64,000 nt of DNA, taken from positions 80,418-144,417 of the forward strand of contig NW_003314313.1 of the NCBI RefSeq assembly GCF_000143415.4. Reading direction: 5' to 3'. The position numbers were made by a program, and so were the translations under genes. How positions within the stretch are numbered: position 1 is the stretch's first letter; each line of letters starts with the position of its first letter. This stretch comes from Selaginella moellendorffii. Taxonomy: Eukaryota; Plantae; Lycopodiophyta. Below are positions 24,001 through 34,999 of this stretch, one piece after another. The notes beneath the pieces are model-generated. The model worked only from the letters and a program-made list of their open reading frames with translations. It did not search any database and was not told the DNA's origin.

Positions 24001-27000
24001 GCAACCCGAAAGGGATGCTGACTTTTGGGGCTAAGACAATTGAGTTGGATAGAGTCTGGAGTTGGTGTAGAAAGGTGGTCGTTGCACTTTTCTAAGAAGG
24101 GTGACTCTTGTGCCTTTCTTTTGTAGCATTATGCTCGGTGGCACGTTGCACCTTGCATTTCGCTTAGACTCTATGAGAGTAGTGAGTTCTCACTGATCTT
24201 GACTTAGTCTTGGTGGCCCTGCGCCTTGGCTGAGGATGATGATGTCCAACTTAGTTGTTTGAGGTTGAGATGTTGGTACCCGTACTATAGCTATGTTTAT
24301 GAGGAGGTTGTGTACTGATATGAGTCCATCTCATGGTGTTCACTTTAGTTTTGACTGAGTGATGATCACATAGCTAGCCTCTTCAAGACATGCTCAGAGC
24401 TATTGACTAAATGCATTAGTGAGTTTATTGCGGTTGAGTTGGATTCGAGTGGTCATTTAGTTTGTGCTTGTCTATGAACTTTTATCTCGTACCTGGGGTA
24501 TTGTGTTCATGTTAGACAAGTATGTGACTCGATGACATGAGTTAGTGTTCGGGTCTTGTGTAAGCAAGTTGAACAGTGATTGTTGGTTGCTTTGCAATTA
24601 GTGATTGCTTATAGACTTTGCCAAAGACTGTTGATACTTGCTTCGCTCAATGATGATTTAGCAGTGATGGGCTTGCTTTACCGGATGATGTTACGGAGGA
24701 TCGTGTCGTTAGACTTACATGGTTTTCCATGTTGACATGTCGACTCTACCTTTGTCGATATCATTTGGTTACATCTAGTCCGTAGTGTTGGATTTCATTG
24801 AATCTTGGACGTGGTGAATCACTCCTTGATGAAGTGTTATCTGTAACTGAGTTTTGTTGGAGGATTGGTCTCGGATATTGACTAAGGTATCTTTGACTTT
24901 GGTTAGCTTGGTTGCTGGAAAGTTTTGAGTGGTGATCACTTGTGCTTTCTTCTAGCTTTGTTTTGGTGTTGATGGCATTGAAGTGATGCTTTGTCATTAA
25001 CATTGTTGATATTGAGATTCAAGTGAAATGAGATGTCTCTCCGTAGGATTGATATTGAGTTTCATTAGTCTTGATGAAGATAGTGTTGATGATTTGGCTA
25101 TAGCTTTGTGTTGTTGGCATTTGTGCATTTGCTAGTTAGCAACTGTTTGACATTCAAACAAACTGAGTGGCAAGTTGAGTTAATTGTGTTCTAGACGAGA
25201 TTATTTAGTAGAGGGTTGAGCTTTAGCTTTTCCTTGAAAAGTGATTTAGTCGTGGACTATGCTAACTCTACGAGAGGAAGAGTTAGTGATCGATATTGGA
25301 ATGTTGAGTCCTTGCTGGATTTGAGTTCGGGATATAGCGATCATTAATGATTCTTTTTGGGCTTGTTATGAAGTGAGTTATGTCTTGTTATAGATGGATT
25401 TATGGAGGATTGTTTGATGATCACTTGTTGACCATAGCTTCATTATGCTTAGCTTTTGGGTTGATGCATATATGCTCTTCATTAGCTTTAGCATTATGAA
25501 GTTTGGCTTATGGATGTGTTGAGGAAAATATTGTGAGTTGCATCACGATTTCTTCTTTCACATTGAAGTTAGCTTTTATGAGACTTGTGATCATTATTAG
25601 GCAAGACTTAGTTATAGGCTTCTTCAAGCTTTTGGTTCTTTGAGTTTTATGCTCATTGTTCCATTTGCTAGAGGTTGTTGGGGAAGGCATTTTGGCTCCT
25701 AGCTTTGATGTTGAAGTTAATATTTGCATCTAGCAATCATTGGTGATGATTGACTGTCATCTAGGATAATTCATTATCCTTGTCAAAAGGTTTTGCTTGA
25801 TTATTGTTGGTATGGAATGATTTGCCGTTCTTTGGGATAGTGGATTCCTTCTTAGACGATGATTATGCAACTCTTTATTGAGGGGATGATTGATGATCTT
25901 TCATGATAGTTAGTTGTTTTCTTTGATGGCTTATAGCTTTTCGCAATACCACAAATTCTTTGTGGTTTGCTTTGGATTGGTCTCTTGAGTTTGAGATATC
26001 GATAGGACGTTGCTAACACTTACTTAAGCAACTCTGATTCCTTGGTATTATTGACCAAGATCTATTCAAATTACCTTATGCGATGGTTGGCATGACTAAG
26101 TGTTTGTTGGTCTTACCACATTCATTCTATTTTGTTGATTGTTGCTCGAGTTAGTCTTGATAGATTAGGATGTTATTTCCTTCGGGTGATACATTCGCAA
26201 GCATTGTGCTTGTTGGTTAAGGATACTTTATGTTTTTTGAGTTATCTTTAGTAAGTTGTTTGGCATATTGTCTACCATCTTCGGTAGTTAAGTTTCATCA
26301 TTGAGTTTCCTTAATGATATACTTGCTATTGAATTTTGTTGGATGGTGAATCCTATGTTTTCCAAAGTTAGTGATCTTGGTGGTTCCTATAATCAACTAC
26401 GAGTTTATCGGATGATAACTTACTTGGAATACTTTTGTGTTCTACTCTAAGATATAGTCTCTGATAATTAAGTCTCTAAGATATCATTGTCTATGACTTT
26501 GATATTATCCATGTATTGATCTTTGAGTTTGGGCCAGTATAGGCAGACTGGCTTTGGCACTTCGTGTGCATGCTGAAATCTCTAGTCATGGGGTAGCTAT
26601 TGTCGACTGGTCACATAACCCGCCTCTCTGTCGATGTTCCTTTTTCGTTGAAAGGGCGTGACCGTGTAAACAACTCTAACTGCCTGTTTACAGTAGTCTA
26701 TCTAAACCTTACCGACGGGTTTGGTTTCTTTGCTCAGGAGGGTTGGGGCCTTTAGCTTCTCTCTCTATGTTCTTGCAGGCAGGGGCATATCACACTTTTG
26801 TAAGCTGGGTGACTCCCAGAGCAGCAAGGGTGGCTGACTCCGTTGGTCATTTCCTTGTCGGCGACGGCCAGAATGTGTTTAAGCTGATAGCGCATCCGCG
26901 TTAGACACAGAGGTTGCTCCCTAACTCATTTAAGTTGGTGCATTTCTCACATAGTGTGAATTCCGTGAACTTTTTCTGGGGTTGTTTCCTTGGCGGTATT

Positions 27001-28191
27001 CTAGACTAGAGTATGCATCGACGAGGACGTCGATCTTCCCAAGGGGGGGAGAGTGTCGCACATGTGACTTCGGGTATCGAAAGTTACCTGTCGACTAGTC
27101 CTTACGGACACTCTTACCTTACTGCCACGATGGCAGGAGGTTGGTATTGCTGGTTCCCTTTAGCAGCCCCTCTTGTTCAAGTGTTAGTTTACTGGGCTTA
27201 GCACCTGTACTTAGCCAGATGGACATAAGGTAGGAACTCCTATGTGTTTCTAGCTGAGTATACTCGGCTTGGCTCTTAGTTCTCTTTTGCTCTGTCTTGC
27301 ACTGGCTTGACAAAAACCCTCGTGTATTGAGATTAGTCCCTCAATATCATTAGATGATAGCTTACCGTGTCTGCCAAACACCCTCACTGTCATGCCCTTT
27401 GTGTTAGTCTCATTTTGGTCTCAAATGCTATTTATAGAAAGTGTCTAGATTTGCTCATTTGGCATATCTACGGTATGTAGAGATTGGCCTGAACACAATG
27501 GTGTTCGTCCCGTATCCAAATTTGCAATTTAAGGACATTCCATATTTAGTAAGTTTCAAGCTTGTCCTAGAGACTAACTCCTGATACTAAGGGAGGCTTG
27601 GGGTGAAAGCCCAAAGCATGTGTTCCTCAAGGGGGGGGGGGGGGGTTCCAAATGTATAGTAGGGATAGTGGGTAGGTCGGACATAGCCGACCAACCTGAG
27701 GCATAGTCTATCTCCCACTTGTGTGCCTGTCCTTGTTCTACATCTGGCTTGGGTCTAAGCCCAAGTTCCATTCCATGCTAGCTGGTGGAATACCCATGTC
27801 CTCACGTTAGGCCACCGGTATGCCAAAATAGCACCAGATTTCGTTTGGCTTTGTTTTGCGTGCTGGTCCTAGCATTAGGATGTTGGTTACTCCAGGACTG
27901 TTCCAAGTCGCTCCGGGCTCCTGTCCCTTTGCTCCTTGGGCTGTATGCTCAGGAGTTGCTCCGTGGTTCGGTTCCATCACTCTTTGGCTCCATGCTTGGG
28001 AGTTTGGCACCGTTCCTTCGTTCAGTGGCCCAAGGCCTTGAACCTCGGGTTCCACACCATTGTCCTTTGGACACGTGGTATATGACACGTGGCATGTGTC
28101 ACGTGGCATAAATTGGGTTTAGGTTCCGCTTCGTGGTGTTTTCCTATGGTAAATCACCATAGGATAAGGGGTCAAAACCACGCGTGCTACA
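21031..28191 (+). mobile_element. Non-autonomous LTR element (LARD-like, family C), complete copy
   Basis: LTRs 21031-22057 and 27054-28191 (TG..CA), TSD GTAGA, PBS TGGTATCAGAG at 22060, PPT AAGGGGGGGAGAG at 27041-27053. The ~5-kb interior is G/T-rich with no long ORF. Confidence 0.93.
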
Positions 28192-30226
28192 GTAGATAAG
28201 GAAGAAACACTATAAACATGAAAAAGTGACTTAAGTTGAGAAATAAGAAAAGGTTGGGAAAGTAAAGATAAAAGATAAGATGGTAAATTGAAGGATTAAC
28301 ACCTACTCTGCAAAATCTCCAATTCATCTCTAAAGCTATCTACATAATAATTAAGTTCCTTATCACAATCCAAAATCCATTTGAGCTCATAAACATCGTC
28401 TTCCCATAAACTTGATTCTCAAACATTCTCCAAGAACTAAATTGCATCATCTATAGATCATCAATTAATATCACAATCATGCTCCATATCAACAAGAGAT
28501 GGTAGAATATTGAGAATAAAACAAATTGTGTAATCACATCCCATAGAAGTTGGAGATGGCAACACACCAAAGATGGGTGCAACACCAATATAATCACACC
28601 CCACAGCACCAAAAGTTCAATTTAACGAAGCAACATTAATAGCTTCAAATGATATACTCCTTGATCAATGATAGTGTAAGCCACAAATTTTTCCTTTCCA
28701 CTTTGCCAGCTTACCTCGCCTATCCGTCCAACACTGCCTTGGCTTTTGCTAAGTTCCCTCGCCAAGGTTCTCGCCTATGGTACCAGCTCCTACTTGGTTT
28801 CAGCTACTCACTGCACGAGCAACGGAGTGTTAGCCATCCTTCCATGGATTCCCAAATCACTCCCAATCCCCCTCCCCGGGTTAGACTGGACTTAAGGTTC
28901 GGCTACACTCCCCGCAAGCACAAGCAGCCAAGCACACCAAGCTTCCAGGTTCCTAACATCCCTTGGTACCACAAGACTTGATCATGGGACCCTCTAAATC
29001 CCAAGTCTTGAGTGCAACGCTTGCTTCGGGACGCCGGGGCGAAACACCGTGGCCTAGCGGCCCGGTATGGGTACCTCTCGCCCCCCACTTCCATCCCGAA
29101 GGAAGGCCCAAGCCCCTAGGAAGGGCGAGGACCAATGAGCCGCATGGTACTCAAGTGGGGCACCACTCCACATGAGCCGGGAGCACCGCAATCGGTTTCC
29201 CTTTCGGGAGTGGGAGCTGCTCTTGAGCACTTCCTTGGATGGCCCCTCCGGCACCAGCCAAGTCCATGCTCACTCCCACCCAAGGCCCCTCGGTCCCAGT
29301 CCCAACCTCAAGTCGGTTTGGAAGCCCAACTGGAGAGTCCATTCAAAACTGGTTCCTGGACCTCACTATCCCTACTATACTTTTGGAACCCCCTGCAGCC
29401 CCCCCCCCCTGGGAGACGCACGCTTTGGGCTTTCACCCCTTGACCCGTATTAGTATTTGGACTTAGTCTCTGGCTCGATCTCGGACCCGATTTCGGATCC
29501 GACTTCGGATTCGGGTTCGGACTCGATCACGGACTCGATCTCGGACCCGATCTCGGACCCGACCTCGGACTCGACCTCGGACTCGGTCTTGGACCCGATT
29601 TCGGATCTCGGACTCCGTCTCGAACTCGGTCTCAAACTCGGACTCGAACTCGGTCCCCGAGTCGGTCTCGGACTCGATTCCGGACTCTATCTCGAACTCG
29701 GTCCTAGAGTCGGTCTTGGACTCGACCCTCGACTTGGTCCCATCCGATGAACTCTTTGTCACTTCGGTCAAGCTTTTGGGGATCCTTTAGCCTACGACAT
29801 CTCGGGGAGTCGGTTCCTTACAACTCCACCACCCATAGAAGAAGTTCGATGCCCACATCGAACGTCTCGTCTTATCCTACGACTTGTTGTCCATGTCTCC
29901 GGGGGCATCCCCCCCACTTAGCGGTGTGCCTAAGTTAGCCTCCCCGGCCAAGAGCCCATGACAACGGAATATAGGTGTCCCTATATTCCTCACCTCACCA
30001 CGCCCTAGTATAGGGTCGGGACTTGAACCCAGCCTTGCTTTACTAGGGGGTTGGGACTCGAACCCAACCTCCGTAGAATACGTCTACGGATTCGACATCC
30101 CCGCAAGGAGTCGGGCGTAGTGCCCTACGCCTGGTCGACCTATCCAACCCATGCTAATTAGCTTACCTTTGGCGCGCCTTCGGGTCCCAACATATGCCAT
30201 TTGCTCAACTTTGCAGATTGATATTT

Positions 30227-33200
30227 TTAATTGAATTTTGCATAAGTACATAAAGTTCTGCCTTGCAGAAATTCCTCCACTAGATCTCGTGCGTTCGCTA
30301 GGTTCTCCTCCGGTTCCCATGTTGCTTCGCAGTGTGGAAATCCTTTCCACTTCACATGGAACTCTCTCACCTCGCGTCCTTGTCGCTTGCTCTTGCGCGC
30401 ATTGAGGATGGCCTCGACTTCGTATTCCTCTTCCCCTTGGATAACCTTAGGTAAAGGTCTCACTTGGTCCTTGCGAAGCGGATCCTCAAAGTACGGCTTG
30501 AGTAAGTTCACGTGGAACACTGGGTGCATCTTCCCCATCTCTCGAGGAAGTCGGAGTCGGTAAGCCACTTTACCGATTCGTGCCTCAATTTCATAAGGCC
30601 CCGCGAACCTGCTTAAGGAACTCAAGATCAATTCATTTACAGGAATACATGCGTCTTTACCTTTGGGTCAACTTTCGGCTGATCCAGCTTGGTAGTCTGA
30701 GGTTCTTGGTGTTCAGCCACACCTTCTCCCCAGCTTGGAACTCCACATCCCGACGCTTTTGGTTCGCGTACTTAGTTTGCCTTTGTTGAGCCCGTTCCAA
30801 GGAATCCCTCACTAGATTCCAAATGTTGAGTCTTTCCGCCGTGAATGCCTCCACTGCGGGTAACTCTCCATGATACTCGGCCACGCCGAGTTCCACAGGA
30901 CCTTCAATAGCTCGCCCATTGATGACTTCCCATGGACTCACCCCGATGCTTGAGTGTGGTGAGTTGTTATAACACATTTCCGCAAGTCCCAAATGACTTA
31001 CCCAGTCGGTCTGGTCTCCCGAGACATAGCATCGCAAATAATCCTCCAGCTGCCTATTCACCCTTTCCGTTTGTCCGTCTGTCAAGAAGTGTTAGTGCCA
31101 TCAATCTTGACTTAATACCCATTACCTGTCTGTGGGTGATAGGCTGTGCTGAATTTCAATTTGGTGCGATACTGTTCTAGGAGTGTCCTCCAGAACCTAC
31201 TAGTGAAGATCTTATCTCGATCTGAGATAATCTCTTCCGGCCTTCCCCGCACTCGAACCACTTGTTCAAAGAACAGCTTCGCCACACCTTCCGCATCCAC
31301 GTCCGTTGTGGTGGGTATGAAATGTGCCATCTTTGAAAATCGGTCCACCACCACGAATATCGCATCGAACCCCTCGCTTGGGGGTAGTCCCGTGATGAAG
31401 TCCATCGTAAGACATTTCCACGGGCGATCTGGAATTGGGATGCTTTGCAACAAGCCCCCACTAGCCTTAGTCACGGCTTTGACCTGCTGACATGTTGGAC
31501 ATGTCTTTACATAGTCTTGGACATCCTTAGCCATATCTGGCCAATGGTACTTCCTCTTGAGTAAGCCCATCGTCTTGGGCACTCCGCCGTGTCCCGCAAG
31601 AGGTCCGTCATGACACTCTTCTAAGGCCACCTTCCTTAGTTCCCCTTCTGGAACATACACCCTCGTTTGCTTGTAATAAATGAGTCCGTTGCATTCCGCA
31701 TAGCCCGTTTTCTCTTCCGTTGGCAGCTCACCTCTTTGGTGAGCTTCCCGCGCCTCTAGATTCCTCAGCAACACTTCTTGTGCTAGACCATCGTTCTCAT
31801 ATGCTGTCCGCACATCGTCCCAGAAGGTTGCTGTTGCGCTGGATATTGCCAACTTCAAGCTCGCTTTTCGACTTAGCGCATCCGCCACGATGTTGCTCTT
31901 CCCAGGCTTGTACAGAATTTCGCAATCAAACTCGGCCAAGGCATTGGCCCACCGACCTTGTTTCCCTCTTAGGTCGGGCTGTGACAAGAAGTGTTTCGTT
32001 GCCACATTGTCCGTGTAAACCTTGAAGTGTCTCCCAAGGTAGTGTCGCCACTCCTTGAGTGCCTTGACCACCGCAAACAATTCCTTCTCATGGGCAGGCC
32101 ACTTCCGTTGAGCCTTGTCCAGCTTCTTCGAGAAGAACGCTACCGGATGGTTGTCTTGCTTCAGAACTGCGCCCAACGCAAAGTCCGAAGCATCCGTTTC
32201 TACCTCAAAGTCCTTACCAAAGTCTGGCAATGCCAATACGGGAGCCTTTCTCAACTTCCCTTTGAGGTGGACGAATGCCGCCTCGCATTCTGCTGTCCAT
32301 ACCATCTTCCCTTTTCCTGTTTGGTCCGTTAAGGGCAGGGCTACTCTCGAATAGTGTCTGATAAACTTTCGATAGTAGTTGCATAGCCCCAGGAACGCCC
32401 TCAACTCATGTACATTCGATGGTCGCTCCCATTCCTGGATCGCTTGGACCTTCTCCGGGTCCACCTTGAGCCCGTCCTGGCCCACCACATGCCCGAGAAA
32501 CTTTACCTCTTGTTGAGCAAAGTCACATTTGCTCTCTTTAGCATACAGCTTGTGTTCCCTTAGTTTCTCAAACACCTTCGCCAAGTGTTCGGCATGCTCT
32601 TCTAGCGTCTCGCTATAGATCAGGATGTCGTCGATATAGACGACCACGAAGTGATCCAGATAGGGTACAAAGACGTGGTTCATTAGCGCCGAAAACGTTG
32701 CCGGCGCATTACATAGCCCGAAGGGCATCACCAGAAACTCAAAGCTCCCATACCTCGTTCGACAGGTTGTCTTCTCGACATCTTCCTCGGCTACCCTGAT
32801 CTGGTAGTATCCTGACCTTAGGTCAATCCTCGAGAAGTATTTTGCCTTTCCCAACCTATCGAACAGGTCCTCAATTCTTGGCAAAGGGTACTTGTTCTTC
32901 TTTGTATACTTGTTGAGCAAGCGGTAGTCTATGCACATGCGCATAGATCCATCTTTCTTTTTCACAAATAACACCGGCGCCCCATACGGCGACTTGCTCA
33001 ACCTAACATACCCTTTGTCCACCAACTCCTCTAGTTGGCACTTGAGCTCCTTGAGTTCTTTTTCGTTCAAACGATAAGGGGGACGAACCACTGCCTCAGC
33101 ACCCTCGACCAGCTCAATCTTATGTTCTATCGGTCGTGCTGGGGGCAGCCCCGCCGGTAGCTCCTCCGGCATGGTATCCTGGAATTGGTCCAACACCCGC

Positions 33201-34999
33201 TGGATCACTAAAGGCACTTCTTCCGTTCTTGTCTTTTTGTCACTCTTCACCGAGAGTAAGCACAAAAAGGCTGCCTTAGTTCCTTTAGTGAGTTGTCCTC
33301 TCGTGGACACCAGGTTTAAGCAGGATTCTTTGGCCTTGCTTTGCCCTACCTTTAGATCCTGGGCTTCCACCCTAGATCTTCTTCCTTGGGCATTCGCCAG
33401 TACCACAAGGTTCCTACCTTGTCCATGTAGGGCTACCACGAACCGATTGAACCAATCCATTCCGAAGATCACGTCAAATCCCGCCATGTCCAACACAGTG
33501 AAATCCATGTCTACCTTCCATGTCCCTACTTCGACTTTTGCTTGTCGAAGTACCTCATCGGTGCTTTGGCTACCTTGAACAAACTCTATAGTCCTTGGTT
33601 CGCCTAGCCGCTGCACCGTTAGTCCGGCTTGCCGGACTATGTCTGCAGCCACAAAATTATCCGAAGCACCCGTGTCAATAAGGATCTTAACAAAGCTACC
33701 TCCGAGCTTCCCTCGGAGGGCTAGTAGATGTCGCGAACGACTCTCTACCAAAGTTGCTCGTGTAATGAGTAACTTTGAGTCAGGGACTGGATCACATACC
33801 TCATTTTGGACTTCGCCCGACTTGATGGCCATATTGGCTCTGGCCTTCTTCGGGTAGGGACATTCCCTCGAAAAGTGTCCCGCTTCACCGCAGTTATAGC
33901 ATACGTTGTTTCCCACGCTGCTATATGACTTGACCTTCTTATCCGTGGGTTTGTCTCTTTTCGCTTGACTCCCCCACGTACTTGCTCGCTGGCCACCGGA
34001 TTTGCTTTTCCGAAATCCCGAGGACTCATTCTTAGAGAAACTCTTCTTGAATTTCCCCCTGCTATATGTTCCCCTCGGTTTGGCCCCTTTGTGAAACGTG
34101 GATCCCGACCCCGTCGTGTTCCCCTTTCGCAGGTTATCGTTGAAATGCACCTTGATGGCCGCATCCAACGCTTCCTTGTAGTTGGTCGGGTTCCAGCGCA
34201 TCACCTCACCGCGAGCCCAGGTTTGCAAACCTGATATAAAGGCATGGAACGCATCCATATCCCCCATGTCCGTGACAAGTATCCTCTTTGCCATGAACCC
34301 ATTCACATATTCCTGGATGGTTCCAGTCTACTTCAGCCTACTCAGCTCATCTCTCAGATGCAGAGTGGCATTCGGAGGAACGTATGTCGCGCGGATCCTC
34401 GCCTTCATCATGTCCCAGGTGGCCACCGGTCCTTCATTGGCCTCCGTTGTTCTCCACCAAGACTTGGCATTATCTGCCAAGTATGGTTTTGCACATGGGA
34501 CCTTCTCCGAGCTCGGTAACCGTAACGCTCGGAAGTAGTCCTCCATATCGTAAAACCAATCCTCCACAACCTTATAGTCGTTCACTCCCTTGAACACCGG
34601 TGGGGGCTTTGGTTTGTACTTGGGAACTGCCTGAGGGACTGATTCCACTTCGGTCTGTTCGACCTTGTCTGGTTTTGCCTCAGTCCCTGCCGAAGGGTCC
34701 GCACCTTCTGCGCTGCCAGCATCCGCAGTCTTTCGCCTTTTCTTCCGTTTCTCATCACGCTTTAGCTTGCGTACGAGAGTCTCCAGCAGGGCATTGGTCT
34801 GCGCCAATTGACCTTCTAGAACGTCCAATCGAGCCTTGGACGACCGAACCTCGCCACCGGACTCCTGTTTGGAAGTTTCCTCACTAGAGTCCTCCTCATG
34901 CAAGGATTCCTCATCCATAGCCTCTTGTTCGACCGGAGGCTCCAGCTCTGGCGGAGGTTCTGTCTCCGCCTGGGTTCGCTTACGCCCTGTCCTTGCCAT
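30227..34999 (-). CDS. Gag-Pol of family A element (gag, CCHC knuckle, PR, RT, RNase H, integrase, chromodomain); one in-frame TAG in gag and putative introns in integrase
   Basis: [14 protein letters not shown]; ILIDTGAS; [12 protein letters not shown]; [13 protein letters not shown]; [23 protein letters not shown]; [16 protein letters not shown]; [23 protein letters not shown]. ORFs 34999-34328 and 34306-31112 share a frame across the TAG at 34330-34328. Confidence 0.93.
30609..30660 (-). other. Putative 52-nt spliceosomal intron just before the integrase GPY/F motif
   Basis: CAAAG|GTAAAGAC...TTCCTTAAGCAG|GTTC. Removal gives [14 protein letters not shown] and fuses ORFs 30657-31085 and 30227-30631. 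Confidence 0.85.
31079..31125 (-). other. Putative 47-nt spliceosomal intron in integrase core
   Basis: ACAG|GTAATGGG...GGCACTAACACTTCTTGACAG|AC: GT-AG with a CTAAC branch point. Removal gives [15 protein letters not shown]. Confidence 0.85.

Noticed and set aside
28675-29822. Hammerhead ribozyme (retrozyme) in LTRs
   Set aside because: No CTGANGA...GAAA core with supporting stems found by eye; an Infernal search would be decisive.
30010-30072. tRNA gene or SINE
   Set aside because: Only T-arm-like hairpins; no D arm, anticodon arm or acceptor stem found. Kept as a structured-UTR finding.
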